Under the pieces are notes generated by a model. The model saw only the letters and a list, made by a program, of their open reading frames with translations. It was not told the DNA's origin and did no database searches. Made by a program: the position numbers and the translations under genes. Positions 18,030 through 28,405 of a DNA stretch of 64,000 nucleotides are shown piece by piece. The stretch covers positions 6,294 to 70,293 of the forward strand of contig JAFWBD010000059.1 of assembly GCA_017507325.1 (NCBI GenBank), written 5' to 3'. The stretch comes from Clostridia bacterium. GTDB taxonomy: Bacteria > Bacillota > Clostridia > Oscillospirales > SIG627. Each line of letters begins with the position of its first letter. The stretch's first letter is position 1.

Positions 18030-18524
18030 ATGAAAGATACGAAAATTAAAATCCATCAAAAAAACATGCCGATTTTGATCATTTGTTTATGCTTGGGAAT
18101 CATTTTTCTCTTTCTTTCCGAATATCATTTGGATGAGGAGAGAGGCGATCTCTCAGATGATTTCGACGAGGATGCCTACACCGCTATTTTGGAAGACAAG
18201 CTGAAAAACATCTTGGAGGAGATGGATGGAGTCAGTCAGGTAAACGTGATGATTACGCTGGAGGGCGGAAGATATTACCGCTACGCCATCGGATCCAGCA
18301 AAAGCCTGAACGGCTCGTTGGAAAGCTCCGAGACCTTTTTGCAGCTTCAGAAGGACTCGGGAGGCAATTCCGCTCCGATTCTTACAGAGGTTCTTCTTCC
18401 CAAGGTAAAAGGAGTCAGCGTGGTTTGCCAAGGAGCCGAGGACGATGCGATTCGCGGGAGAATGATCCGACTGATCGCCAGCACTCTTGATCTCAATGCC
18501 AATCAAATCTATGTGACAAAATAA
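18030..18524 (+). CDS. spoIIIAG: Stage III sporulation protein AG
   Basis: LEDKLKNILEEMDGVSQVNVMITL, PKVKGVSVVCQGA. Confidence 0.92.
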   Translation: MKDTKIKIHQKNMPILIICLCLGIIFLFLSEYHLDEERGDLSDDFDEDAYTAILEDKLKNILEEMDGVSQVNVMITLEGGRYYRYAIGSSKSLNGSLESSETFLQLQKDSGGNSAPILTEVLLPKVKGVSVVCQGAEDDAIRGRMIRLIASTLDLNANQIYVTK

Positions 18525-18538
18525 GGAGGCTACATACC

Positions 18539-19228
18539 ATGAAAAAGCTAAAAAAAATGCATCTTATCGACCCCATCGAGGAAGCAACATCGGAGGAAAC
18601 TGCCCTGGAGGCGGTTGAGGAGGCAATGGAAGCCGAGGAGGCGGCCTTTCCCGACATCGGAAAATGGTTTGAAAGGGTGAAGGAAAAAATCAAGCCCTTT
18701 CCCTGGAAAAAGATCAATGCCAAAAATGCCCTGATCGTCGGTTGTCTCGTTCTGGTGGCGGTGGCCGGCTATCTGAATGCCCGCTTCGGTGCTCCCACAG
18801 AGAATCCCGAGGTCAACGATCCGCCCGAGAGCCCCGTGGTGGAAAATACCGAAAACGAGAATTTCTTTGCTACAGCCGTCATTGACCGAGAGAGAGCACG
18901 CGGCGAAGCGCTGGAGGTTTTGGTAAACATCACCGAGGATGAGGCTGCCAGCGAAAGCGCCAAGAGCGATGCTTTTACCCAAATGGAGCGCATCGCCAAC
19001 GAAACCAGCTGGGAGATCGACATTGAAAATCTGGTCAAAGCCAAGGGCTTTCAGGAATGCGTTGCCATCATCAACAACGATACCGCCAACATCGTGGTGG
19101 AATCCGACGGTTTGACGGCGGGACAGATCGCCCAGATCAAGGAAATCGTCTATCTGGAATCCTCCATCCAGCCGAAGGATATTAAAATCATCGAAAGAAG
19201 CGGAACGGGTACCGGAACCGCCTCTTAA
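18539..19228 (+). CDS. spoIIIAH: Stage III sporulation protein AH
   Basis: VAGYLN TM, FFATAVIDRERAR, IENLVKAKGF, QIKEIV. Confidence 0.92.
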   Translation: MKKLKKMHLIDPIEEATSEETALEAVEEAMEAEEAAFPDIGKWFERVKEKIKPFPWKKINAKNALIVGCLVLVAVAGYLNARFGAPTENPEVNDPPESPVVENTENENFFATAVIDRERARGEALEVLVNITEDEAASESAKSDAFTQMERIANETSWEIDIENLVKAKGFQECVAIINNDTANIVVESDGLTAGQIAQIKEIVYLESSIQPKDIKIIERSGTGTGTAS

Positions 19229-19264
19229 AAAAAATGAGCAACCGAAAATGGTTGCTCATTTTTA
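19229..19264. terminator. Bidirectional terminator
   Basis: AAAAAATGAGCAACC/GGTTGCTCATTTTTT between convergent genes. Confidence 0.9.
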
Positions 19265-19270
19265 CGTAAT

Positions 19271-19687
19271 TCACTTAAACTCTTTGGTAAAGGTATTTTT
19301 GCATTTTTGACAGCGGATGTCAAATAGGCCGCTGCGCTTGGGCATTTTGATCGGCGCCTTACAATGAGGGCACTTAAAAAACCGCATGGTCTTGCGCTCG
19401 CGAAAACGATAGGAAATATGGCGGAAGAAAAGCTTTACTTTTTGCAACAGGCTGTAATACCGCGCATTTTCCCGACGTCGTTTCAACAGATCCTTGGAAA
19501 ACATCCGAAAGAAAACCAGAAAAATCAGCACCCACTCCAGCGTGGAAACAGCAAAGCTTCGGAGAGGAAGATTGATAACGGCAAGGCCGAGAGCGGCAAA
19601 CAGAAGATGACGGTTCAAGGTATCCGTTCCGTATCGTCCGTTCATAAAACGCAAAAAAGATATGCGAAGGCGGGAAAAAAAGCTCAT
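19271..19687 (-). CDS. Conserved membrane protein with C-terminal Zn-ribbon
   Basis: FMNGRYGTDTLN, two TMs, CPHC...CQKC. Confidence 0.8.
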   Translation of the reverse strand: MSFFSRLRISFLRFMNGRYGTDTLNRHLLFAALGLAVINLPLRSFAVSTLEWVLIFLVFFRMFSKDLLKRRRENARYYSLLQKVKLFFRHISYRFRERKTMRFFKCPHCKAPIKMPKRSGLFDIRCQKCKNTFTKEFK

Positions 19688-20409
19688 CTCCTTCTCCTTC
19701 CTCCCGAAACCAGTGCCAACAGCCTGAGAAACTGAAGCAAGGTATACGCCAATGCCGCAACGTAGGTCATGGCCGCCGCCGTTAAGGTCTTTCTTGCTCC
19801 CACCAGTTCCTCCCCCACCAAGAGATTTCCTTCTCGAATGGCGCTCATGGCACGGTGTGAGGCATCCAGCTCCGTGGGGAGGGTAACCAGCTGAAAGACC
19901 ACGCTGAGACCGAAAAAGAGCACTCCCGCCATGGCAATCGGATAACCGTAGGGAAAGGCGGCGACACCGCTTAAAAGAAGCCCAATCAAAATCATGGGAA
20001 CGGAGAGCTTGGTGCCGATATTGGCAATGGGAACAATGGCGGTGCGAATGCGAACCGGAACGTAGTTTTTCGCATGCTGAACAGCGTGTCCCGCCTCGTG
20101 AGAGGCTACCCCGATGGCGGCGGTGGATTTGGAATCGTAGACCGAATCCGAAAGGTACACGGTATTGTCCCGCGGGTCATAATGATCGGTAAGGTTTCCC
20201 GAAACACGCTCTACACGAACTCCGAATACGCCGTTCTGCTCCATCACACGGCGAGCCGCCTCCGCTCCCGTGATCCCCATGGAGGAGATCTGAGCGGAAT
20301 ACTTTCGGAAGGTGCTGTTCACCAGCGAGGCGGCAATCATCGAGCCGATGGATGCCAAAACGACAAACAAATATCCGAATACTTCAAAAAAATACAAAAA
20401 TTCTCCCAT
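19684..20409 (-). CDS. YugP-like membrane zinc metallopeptidase
   Basis: LTDHYDP, ASHEAGHAVQH, TLPTELDAS, AAAMTYVA. Confidence 0.92.
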   Translation of the reverse strand: MGEFLYFFEVFGYLFVVLASIGSMIAASLVNSTFRKYSAQISSMGITGAEAARRVMEQNGVFGVRVERVSGNLTDHYDPRDNTVYLSDSVYDSKSTAAIGVASHEAGHAVQHAKNYVPVRIRTAIVPIANIGTKLSVPMILIGLLLSGVAAFPYGYPIAMAGVLFFGLSVVFQLVTLPTELDASHRAMSAIREGNLLVGEELVGARKTLTAAAMTYVAALAYTLLQFLRLLALVSGGRRRR

Positions 20410-20424
20410 AATGCTCCTTTCCCG

Positions 20425-20721
20425 TTACGGCAGTTGAATCTTGGGCTTTTTACTGCTCTTTTTGTACAAAACGAATTTATTCCCGATGGTCTGAACACCG
20501 CAGCATCCCAAAAGCTCACAAATATGATCGGACACCTCGCGGGGGGATTCATCCGAATTTTCAAGAACGGTCACCTTGATCAATTCATTTTTTTCCAAGC
20601 CCTCCCGAAGCTGTGTTAAAAAAGCATCGTCCAAATAGCCTGCCTTCCCCACTTGATATTTTGCGGGAAGTGCATTGGCAAGACCTCTTAAATATGCTCT
20701 CTGTTTTCCTGTTAATTCCAT
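20425..20721 (-). CDS. yhbY: CRM-domain RNA-binding protein YhbY
   Basis: LTGKQRAYLRGLA, QVGKAG, ELIKVTVL, VQTIGN. Confidence 0.95.
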   Translation of the reverse strand: MELTGKQRAYLRGLANALPAKYQVGKAGYLDDAFLTQLREGLEKNELIKVTVLENSDESPREVSDHICELLGCCGVQTIGNKFVLYKKSSKKPKIQLP

Positions 20722-20757
20722 AAAATTCTCCGTAGCTATAATTACTCATTTTTTAAT

Positions 20758-20786
20758 ATTTTATCCCTTTCTTTCTTCTTTGTCAA
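20758..20786 (-). promoter_or_regulatory. SigA promoter of the yhbY operon
   Basis: TTGACA-17 bp-TAAAAT. Confidence 0.75.
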
Positions 20787-20941
20787 CCGCAGGATCTTGA
20801 ACTTTCCGAAACGCGGCTGTTTACAAGATGAGAAATTCTTGTAAAAATCCAAAAAAATACGGAAAATGCAACAATTATTCATAACGGGTTAAAATAGATT
20901 TGTTAGAATCTTGCTTATTAAATTTGATGAAAGGGATTACT

Positions 20942-23929
20942 ATGCTCAACCTTATCGACGTCAAAAAAGACTATCTTTCCGCAAGCGATACGATAAAGGC
21001 CTTAAAGAGTGTTTCTCTGCGCTTTCGTGAAAGTGAATTCGTCTCCATTTTAGGCCCCTCGGGTTGCGGTAAAACCACTCTTCTGAACATCATCGGCGGC
21101 TTGGATCACTATACCTCGGGAGATCTGGTTATCAACGGACGAAGCACCAAGGATTTTCGCGATTCCGATTGGGATACCTACCGCAATCACTCCATCGGCT
21201 TTGTTTTCCAAAGCTACAACCTCATTCCGCACCAAAGCGTTTTGGCCAACGTGGAATTGGCTCTGACGCTCTCGGGCGTTTCCAAGTCCGAGCGGAGGAA
21301 AAAGGCCATTGCCGCCTTGGATAAGGTCGGTTTGAAGGATCAGATCAAAAAAAGACCCAATCAGCTTTCGGGCGGCCAGATGCAGCGCGTTGCCATTGCC
21401 CGCGCACTGGTCAACAATCCCGACATTCTCCTGGCTGACGAGCCCACGGGAGCCTTGGATTCCGTAACCAGCATTCAGATTATGGAATTGCTCAAGGAAA
21501 TCTCGAAGGAAAAGCTGGTGATTATGGTTACCCATAACCCCGGTCTTGCCGAGGAATACTCCACCCGTATCATCAAGCTTTTGGACGGCAAGGTGGTGGA
21601 TGACACCGCGCCCGTCACGGAGGAAGAGATCCGCCAAGCCGAGATCAAAAAAGGCTCCCGAAGCGCTGTCAAAGAAAAAAAGCCCTCTATGTCTCTTTTC
21701 ACCGCTCTTTCCCTTTCCATGAACAATCTGATGACCAAAAAGGGGCGTACGATTCTGACATCCTTTGCCGGCTCCATCGGTATCATCGGAATTGCTATGA
21801 TCCTCTCTCTTTCCAACGGAATCAACGCCTATATTCATGCCGTCCAAGAAGAAACCCTCTCCAGCTACCCCATTGCCATTCAAGCGGAATCGGTGGATAT
21901 GACGGCTTTGATGATTTCCCTGATGGGAATCAATCAGAAGGAATCCGAAAACGCCCACGATCTGGACGCGGTGTATTCCTCCAGCGTTATGAGCGAAATG
22001 ATCAATTCTCTTAACAGCGCCAAGATGCAGACCAATAATCTGACCTTGTTCAAAAAGTTTTTGGAGGAAAACGAGGAGATCCGTGAATACATCTCCAACA
22101 TTCAGTATTCCTACGATCTGAATATGCAGATCTACACCAAGGATGAAAACGGCGCCATCGTCAAAAGCGACGTTGAGGAAATGATGACCCGAATTATGGA
22201 GGGTATGGGCTTTGATGGCAGCTTGATGGGCACCGGCTCCTCCGCTCAGAGCTTCGGATCCATTCCCCTTTGGCAGGAAATGCTCGCCGAAAGGGACGGA
22301 ACGGGAATCAGCTCCCTTGTGAAGGATCAGTACGATCTGGTTTACGGCGCCTGGCCGAACGAATACAACGAGGTTGTACTTGTGGTCAACGATCGCAACG
22401 AATTGAGCGATTTGGTGCTTTGCGGCCTCGGCTTGATCTCCACTGAGGAAATCTTGGAGGAAATGATCGCTTCCGGCAAGGGTGAAATGCTGGACACCGC
22501 CGTCAAATCTTGGAGCTATGAGGACATTTGCTCCAAAAAATTCAAGATCTTTTTGCCCTCGGAGCTGTATCAAAAGAACCCCGCAGGCGGCTATACTCTC
22601 TTGACCGAAACCCAAAACGGAATGGAATATTTGTTTGGCGGAGATCGCGGAGTTGACATCCGTATCAGCGGTATCATCCGTCAAAACGAGGACGCAGGCT
22701 CGGGTATGCTGACGGGGGCCTTGGGCTACACCGCCGATCTTACAAAGCATCTTTTGAACAAGATCGAATCCAATTCGCTGATCCGCGAGCAGCTTGAAAA
22801 TCCGGACCGCGACGTCTTATTGAACCTTCCCTTCCTTCCCGAAGATTACGTGGAGGAGGCGGATGACGTAAAGATTCAGAAGATCCGCGATTATTTGAAC
22901 TCTCTTTCAACCGAGCAAAAGGCAGAGATCTTCATTGAATTTTCCTCCGTTCCCACCAAGGAGTATTTGGATCTTGCCGTACAATCCGCGATGGCCAATC
23001 TGACCACCCGCCAGGACATTGAAAAGATGGTAATGGATGCTCTGACCTCGCAGGAGCAGGCAGGCACCGACGTTTCCTACATTATGGATTACATCAAGCA
23101 GTTGAGCGACGATCAGCTCCGGGAAATGGTTCGAGGCGAAATCGAAAAACAGATTGCCGAGCAATACGCCAAAGGAATCCGCGACAGCTTTTCCCGTATG
23201 CCCACCGAGCAGGTTGCCGCGCTCCTTGCCGCAAAACTGATGCCCGGGGAGCAAGGCTTTACCGCTCCGGAGCTTCTTCGTCTTTACGACGACTATATGC
23301 CTGCCAGCTATTCGATGGAGAACAGTGAAAAGATTTTGGAGAAACTGGGTCTGACAAGCGAAGACAGCCCCAGCGTGATCCAAATCTATACCGACACCTT
23401 CGAAAACAAGGAGACCATTTCCGATCTGATCAAAAAATACAACAAGAATCAGGAAGAGGAGGATCAGATCGAATATACCGATTACATTGCACTGGCTCTT
23501 TCCGGTGTTGCGACCATCATCAACGCCATCTCCTACGTTTTGGTTGCCTTCGTTTCCATTTCCTTGGTGGTATCTTCGATTATGATCGGTATCATCACCT
23601 ACATTTCCGTTTTGGAAAGAACCAAGGAGATCGGTATTCTTCGCGCTGTGGGCGCCTCCAAGAAGGACGTTTCCCGCGTGTTCAACGCCGAAAGCGTAAT
23701 CGAGGGCTTCGCAGCCGGTGTGATGGGCATCGGAATCACACTTTTGCTTTTGATCCCCACAAACTTCATCATTCAGGCTCTCACCGATATTCCTTCCCTG
23801 AAGGCATTTCTCCCCGCAGGCGGATACCTTTTGATTCTGGTCAGCGTTCTCCTCTCCTTCTTTGCAGGACTGGTTCCCTCACGTTTCGCCGCCAAGAAGG
23901 ACCCCGTGGAGGCCTTACGAACCGAGTAA
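20942..23929 (+). CDS. MacB/FtsX-type fused ABC ATPase-permease
   Basis: [43 protein letters not shown]-terminal DPVEALRTE; large extracytoplasmic region. Confidence 0.93.
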   Translation: MLNLIDVKKDYLSASDTIKALKSVSLRFRESEFVSILGPSGCGKTTLLNIIGGLDHYTSGDLVINGRSTKDFRDSDWDTYRNHSIGFVFQSYNLIPHQSVLANVELALTLSGVSKSERRKKAIAALDKVGLKDQIKKRPNQLSGGQMQRVAIARALVNNPDILLADEPTGALDSVTSIQIMELLKEISKEKLVIMVTHNPGLAEEYSTRIIKLLDGKVVDDTAPVTEEEIRQAEIKKGSRSAVKEKKPSMSLFTALSLSMNNLMTKKGRTILTSFAGSIGIIGIAMILSLSNGINAYIHAVQEETLSSYPIAIQAESVDMTALMISLMGINQKESENAHDLDAVYSSSVMSEMINSLNSAKMQTNNLTLFKKFLEENEEIREYISNIQYSYDLNMQIYTKDENGAIVKSDVEEMMTRIMEGMGFDGSLMGTGSSAQSFGSIPLWQEMLAERDGTGISSLVKDQYDLVYGAWPNEYNEVVLVVNDRNELSDLVLCGLGLISTEEILEEMIASGKGEMLDTAVKSWSYEDICSKKFKIFLPSELYQKNPAGGYTLLTETQNGMEYLFGGDRGVDIRISGIIRQNEDAGSGMLTGALGYTADLTKHLLNKIESNSLIREQLENPDRDVLLNLPFLPEDYVEEADDVKIQKIRDYLNSLSTEQKAEIFIEFSSVPTKEYLDLAVQSAMANLTTRQDIEKMVMDALTSQEQAGTDVSYIMDYIKQLSDDQLREMVRGEIEKQIAEQYAKGIRDSFSRMPTEQVAALLAAKLMPGEQGFTAPELLRLYDDYMPASYSMENSEKILEKLGLTSEDSPSVIQIYTDTFENKETISDLIKKYNKNQEEEDQIEYTDYIALALSGVATIINAISYVLVAFVSISLVVSSIMIGIITYISVLERTKEIGILRAVGASKKDVSRVFNAESVIEGFAAGVMGIGITLLLLIPTNFIIQALTDIPSLKAFLPAGGYLLILVSVLLSFFAGLVPSRFAAKKDPVEALRTE

Positions 23930-23945
23930 CAATCCGTTTTACGAA

Positions 23946-23978
23946 CGGCACCCCATGAATGGGGTGCCGCCTTTTTTT
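23946..23978 (+). terminator. Intrinsic terminator
   Basis: CGGCACCCCA/TGGGGTGCCG followed by T7. Confidence 0.85.
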
Positions 23979-24036
23979 CCTAAAACCATACAAGGACGTT
24001 TTTTTGATTTTACACGGCTTTTTGCAAAACAAGTCT

Positions 24037-24065
24037 TTGACAAAGGCGAAAAGCTATGATATACT
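24037..24065 (+). promoter_or_regulatory. SigA promoter of darA-holB
   Basis: TTGACA-17 bp-TATACT with TG. Confidence 0.8.
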
Positions 24066-24124
24066 ATAAGCGAGATATTATATACTCCAATATTCTCAAA
24101 TTGAACACATAGGAGGAACCTGTT

Positions 24125-24451
24125 ATGAAAATGATTTTTGCGATCGTAAACAACGATGATGCCCCGGACGTGATGAAAACCTTGAACCAAGAGCGAATCC
24201 CCGTAACTAAGTTGGCATCCACAGGCGGCTTCCTGATGAAGGGCAATACCACCTTTATCTCCGGTGTGGAGGACAATATGGTGGATCACGTGATCGAGCT
24301 GATCAAGGAGCATTCCAAGAGGAGAACCCAGCTGATGCCCATTGATTACAGTCATTACAACGCCGGTGTTTCCACACCCTATCCGGTGGAGATCACCATA
24401 GGCGGTGCCACGGTTTTTGTGGTAGACATCGAAAAATACGAAAAGGCATAA
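24125..24451 (+). CDS. darA: PII-like cyclic-di-AMP receptor
   Basis: MKMIFAIVNNDDA, TKLASTGGFL..GNTT, GGATVFV. Confidence 0.93.
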   Translation: MKMIFAIVNNDDAPDVMKTLNQERIPVTKLASTGGFLMKGNTTFISGVEDNMVDHVIELIKEHSKRRTQLMPIDYSHYNAGVSTPYPVEITIGGATVFVVDIEKYEKA

Positions 24452-24463
24452 GGCTTCGCTTCC

Positions 24464-25462
24464 ATGGGTCCGATTCTGGGAAACGAAAAGCTTCTTGATG
24501 CTCTTTTTTCCTCCATTCGCCAAAACCGTTTGGCGGGTTGCTACATTTTGGAGGGTGCCAAGGGGACGGGGAAACGAAGTATTGCCCGTTTTGTGGCTGC
24601 ATCTCTTCTCTGTCCCAACCGCAATGCAAAGGGAGAGGCCTGCCTGCAGTGCCCCTCCTGCCGACGGGTTTTGGCAGGAAATCATATTGACGTATTTGAA
24701 CTGACCCCCGAGGAAAAGGGCAAAAGAATCCCCGTTTCGGCAGTCAGAGAAATGCTTCGAAACAGCTACGTTCTCCCTTGCGAGGGTGATTGGCGGATAT
24801 TTATTCTTTGCGACAGCGAAGCCATGAAAAAGGAAGCGCAGAATGCCTTACTCAAGAGCATAGAGGAACCCCGTGATCAAACGGTCTTCTTTCTTTTAAC
24901 GGCCGATGCCTCCCGTCTCCTTCCCACCGTTCGAAGTCGAGCTGTCAAATTCAAAACGGAGCCTCTCCCGAAGGACGTGATCCGCGAGGCTCTGAAAGAA
25001 AACAAACCCGCTTCCGAGATTTCGGAGGAAGCGATTTTGCTGTGCGGCGGTTCTCTGGGGAGAGCCTTGGAAATTTTGGGTGATGCCGAATTTCACGCGG
25101 CACGGCAAGTGGTACTGAAATATTTTGAGGCGCTGTTTTCCGGCGCCAGCTTTACCAAGTTGTGCTTGATTGTTTCCCCGGCTGAATGGAGCCGAGCCAA
25201 ATTTTCGATCATTTTGCCGATGGTCAAATTGGCTCTTCGGGATCTGATCTGTGCTCATTTCGGTTTTGATTTTTCACCGGAATTTTTCACAAATTCCGCT
25301 TTTCTGCACGACTTTGCGGAAATCATTTCCCCTACCGAAGCGATTCGTCTTTATGAAATGACGGAGGCTTTGGAGGGTGCCACCGAGCAAAACGCCAATC
25401 TGTATGCAATGCTCTCCACCTTCCATTTGCGCTTTCAGAAATTAACCCAAAGCCTCGCATAG
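24464..25462 (+). CDS. holB: DNA polymerase III delta-prime subunit
   Basis: EGAKGTGK, Zn motif C..CLQCPSC, AQNALLKSIEEP, LLPTVRSR; follows darA. Confidence 0.9.
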   Translation: MGPILGNEKLLDALFSSIRQNRLAGCYILEGAKGTGKRSIARFVAASLLCPNRNAKGEACLQCPSCRRVLAGNHIDVFELTPEEKGKRIPVSAVREMLRNSYVLPCEGDWRIFILCDSEAMKKEAQNALLKSIEEPRDQTVFFLLTADASRLLPTVRSRAVKFKTEPLPKDVIREALKENKPASEISEEAILLCGGSLGRALEILGDAEFHAARQVVLKYFEALFSGASFTKLCLIVSPAEWSRAKFSIILPMVKLALRDLICAHFGFDFSPEFFTNSAFLHDFAEIISPTEAIRLYEMTEALEGATEQNANLYAMLSTFHLRFQKLTQSLA

Positions 25463-25559
25463 CCATTCACTTTTTCCCCCGTTTTTCATATGATGGTGAT
25501 ATAGAACGATCCGAATCCGATCGTTGTAAAAAAATGGACTGCGAAATGGGCCTATTCTC

Positions 25560-25588
25560 TTGAAATCAAAACACTTTTTTGATATAAT
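25560..25588 (+). promoter_or_regulatory. SigA promoter of murA
   Basis: TTGAAA-17 bp-TATAAT with TG. Confidence 0.75.
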
Positions 25589-25649
25589 AGTCTTCGTATC
25601 TGTTTTTGACTGAAAAAAGTACTTGTGAAAGGATCGAAACCTTTTTACT

Positions 25650-26954
25650 ATGGATATCAACACAGGAAAAATCATCATTTCCGGCGGCAAGCCCTTGGAG
25701 GGTGAGATTCCCGTTTCCGGCATGAAGAATGCGGCGGTGGCAATTGTTTTTTCCACCATTTTGACGGAAGATAAATGCATCATTGAAAACCTTCCCGACA
25801 TCAGTGACGTAAACGTTTCACTGCAGATCTTGGAATCCATCGGGGTAAAGGTAAACAAGCTGGATAAAAACACGGTAGAGATCGATTCCTCCTTCGTGGC
25901 ACCCGGCATTGCTCCCTTTGATCTGGTCAGCAAAATGCGTGCCTCCTACTATCTGATCGGCGCGGAGCTCGGGCGCTTTGGCCGTGCCTTTGTGGGATTG
26001 CCCGGTGGATGCGATTTCGGAGCCCGTCCCATTGACCAGCACATTAAGGGTTTTGAAGCCCTGGGGTGCGACGTGAAGGCGGAGGGCGATTACGTGGAGG
26101 CCACTGCCAAGGACGGTTCTCTCCACGGGGCCTCGGTTTATATGGATATGGTTACCGTCGGCGGCACCATCAACGTGATGCTGGCCGCTGTAAAGGCGGA
26201 GGGCGTTACGGTAATCGAGAATGCCGCTCACGAGCCTCATATTGTTGACACAGCCAACTTTTTGAATGCCTGCGGCGCCGATATCAGCGGTGCCGGTACC
26301 GACGTGATCAAGATCCGCGGAGTCAAAAAGCTTCACGGTGTTACATATACCATCATTCCCGATATGATCGAAGCAGGAACCTTCATGATCCTGGCGGCCG
26401 CAACGGGCGGAAATTTAAGGATCACCAACCTGATCCCCAAGCATTTGGATTCCGTTACGGCAAAGCTGTGCGAAATGGGCGTCGAGATCGAGGAGGAGGG
26501 CGATTCCCTTACGGTAAGGCGCAAGGAAGGCCCTTTGAAGAAGATCAACGTAAAAACGCTTCCCTACCCCGGCTTTCCCACGGATATGAACCCGCAAATG
26601 TGTGTGCTTCTTTGCTTGGCAGAGGGGCTTTCCCGATTGACTGAGAGTGTTTGGGAATCCCGTTTCCGCTACGTAGAGGAGCTGAAGCGTATGGGTGCCA
26701 AGATCAACATCAACGGCCGCTGTGCCGAGGTGGAGGGGGTTCCCTATTTAAAGGGCGCTTCTGTTCGCGCCGTGGATCTGAGAGCGGGATGCGCCATGGT
26801 CATTGCCGGCCTTGCCGCCGAAGGGATCACAGAGATCGACGAAATCTATCATATTTTCCGCGGATACGAAAACCTGATCGGAAAATTGCAAGGAGTGGGC
26901 GCCGATATCAAGGTGGTATACCCCAAAAGCCTACAATATATTGACTACGAATAA
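25650..26954 (+). CDS. murA: UDP-N-acetylglucosamine 1-carboxyvinyltransferase (MurAB-like)
   Basis: SGMKNAA, KMRASYY, LPGGCDFGARPIDQH, PYPGFPTD, DLRAG. Confidence 0.96.
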   Translation: MDINTGKIIISGGKPLEGEIPVSGMKNAAVAIVFSTILTEDKCIIENLPDISDVNVSLQILESIGVKVNKLDKNTVEIDSSFVAPGIAPFDLVSKMRASYYLIGAELGRFGRAFVGLPGGCDFGARPIDQHIKGFEALGCDVKAEGDYVEATAKDGSLHGASVYMDMVTVGGTINVMLAAVKAEGVTVIENAAHEPHIVDTANFLNACGADISGAGTDVIKIRGVKKLHGVTYTIIPDMIEAGTFMILAAATGGNLRITNLIPKHLDSVTAKLCEMGVEIEEEGDSLTVRRKEGPLKKINVKTLPYPGFPTDMNPQMCVLLCLAEGLSRLTESVWESRFRYVEELKRMGAKININGRCAEVEGVPYLKGASVRAVDLRAGCAMVIAGLAAEGITEIDEIYHIFRGYENLIGKLQGVGADIKVVYPKSLQYIDYE

Positions 26955-26963
26955 TTTCAAGGA

Positions 26964-28097
26964 TTGCTATGGATCAAGAAAACAAAGGAAAACAACAAAG
27001 CAAAAAAAAAGAATTACCGTCCCTGGTATCGCCGCAAAAAGAATCACAAAAAGAGCGATAAGCCCGTCGAAGGCGGCGCCCTTGCAAAGGATCCGACACT
27101 CAAGGAAACGACAGATACCTCTGTTGATAAGAGTGCTGTTCCCACCGTTTCCGGCGCCGAAAACCGGGCAATCCCTTACCCCTCCTTTTTGATGTGTGAG
27201 GAAAAAGAGCCTCAGCCCGCCCCCGAAGAGGAGCGCTACGAGGTGGTCTGTGTTCGATTCCGCCCCGTGGGAAAGAATTATTCCTTTGATCCCAACGGGC
27301 TTGTATTCACCATGGGGGAAAGTGTCATTGTGGAGACCAGCCAAGGGCAGGAATTCGGTACGGTCAGCGTTACCAATAAGATCGTGGGCAAAAAGGAAGT
27401 CGTTCTTCCCTTAAAGAAGGTTTTGCGCCGCGCCGACGAAAGGGACCTGAAGCGCAACGCCGAAAACAAGGAGCTTGAAAACCGCGCTCGCAAGGTCTTT
27501 CAGGAAAAAAACGCACAGCACAAATTGGATATGGCTCTTTCCGACGTGGAATGCTCCTTTGACCGCTCCAAGCTGATTTTCTATTTCACCTCGGAGGGGC
27601 GCGTGGATTTCAGAGAATTTGTAAAGGACGTTGCTTCCGTATTCAAAACCCGCATTGAATTGAGACAGATCGGCGTTCGGGACGAGGCCAAGCAACTGGG
27701 CGGTCTCGGTATTTGCGGAAGACCTCTTTGTTGCAGTTCTTTTTTGGATGATTTTCAGCAGGTTTCCATAAAAATGGCAAAGGAACAAAATCTTTCCTTG
27801 AACCCCACCAAAATCAGCGGTACCTGCGGAAGATTGATGTGCTGTCTTCGCTATGAAAACGACGTTTACGTGGAAGCCTCCAAGCGCTGTCCCAAGGTTG
27901 ACAGCGCCGTACAAACACCCCAAGGACGTGGCGTTGTGGTGGAGACCAACGTTCTGTGCGGTCGGTGCAAGGTAAAGCTGGATTCGGATCCGGAAAACGT
28001 TCTCGTATTCCAAGCCGACCAGTTAAAAAGCCTTTCCCGCGGAAAAAAATCGCAAAATTCACCGAATGAATCGGATTCCAACGGAAACGACGCTTAA
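26964..28097 (+). CDS. ricT: PSP1-domain protein YaaT/RicT; start uncertain
   Basis: FYFTSEGRVDFRE, RIELRQIGVRDEAK, GICGRPLCC, KISGTCGRLMCCL. Confidence 0.93.
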   Translation: MLWIKKTKENNKAKKKNYRPWYRRKKNHKKSDKPVEGGALAKDPTLKETTDTSVDKSAVPTVSGAENRAIPYPSFLMCEEKEPQPAPEEERYEVVCVRFRPVGKNYSFDPNGLVFTMGESVIVETSQGQEFGTVSVTNKIVGKKEVVLPLKKVLRRADERDLKRNAENKELENRARKVFQEKNAQHKLDMALSDVECSFDRSKLIFYFTSEGRVDFREFVKDVASVFKTRIELRQIGVRDEAKQLGGLGICGRPLCCSSFLDDFQQVSIKMAKEQNLSLNPTKISGTCGRLMCCLRYENDVYVEASKRCPKVDSAVQTPQGRGVVVETNVLCGRCKVKLDSDPENVLVFQADQLKSLSRGKKSQNSPNESDSNGNDA

Positions 28098-28122
28098 TTT
28101 TTCAGTTTTTTTGCAAAAGCAC

Positions 28123-28150
28123 TTGAAAAATTATAGAGAAGTGCTATAAT
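28123..28150 (+). promoter_or_regulatory. SigA promoter of the ferredoxin gene
   Basis: TTGAAA-16 bp-TATAAT with extended TG. Confidence 0.65.
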
Positions 28151-28182
28151 GTCAGTACCAATATTTCATGGAGGTATTTCAA

Positions 28183-28356
28183 ATGGCTTACATCATTTCT
28201 GACGAATGCATGGGTTGCATGGCTTGTGTTGACGAGTGCCCCATTTCTGCAATTTCCGAGAAAGACGGCAAAGCATTCATTGACAAGGATACTTGCATTG
28301 AGTGCGGCGCTTGCGCAGGCGTTTGCCCCGTTGAGGCTCCCCAGCCCGAGGCATAA
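28183..28356 (+). CDS. fdx: 2[4Fe-4S] clostridial-type ferredoxin
   Basis: MAYIISDECMGCMACVDECP...CIECGACAGVCP; GGAGG RBS. Confidence 0.95.
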   Translation: MAYIISDECMGCMACVDECPISAISEKDGKAFIDKDTCIECGACAGVCPVEAPQPEA

Positions 28357-28368
28357 GTCCTACAAAAG

Positions 28369-28405
28369 AAAAGACAGCTTCCTTTACGGGAGGCTGTCTT
28401 TTTTT
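28369..28405. terminator. Bidirectional terminator
   Basis: AAAAGACAGCTTCC/GGAGGCTGTCTTTT. Confidence 0.85.

Noticed and set aside
21050-22750. 566-aa minus-strand ORF
   Set aside because: Antisense shadow of the ABC transporter, explained by codon bias
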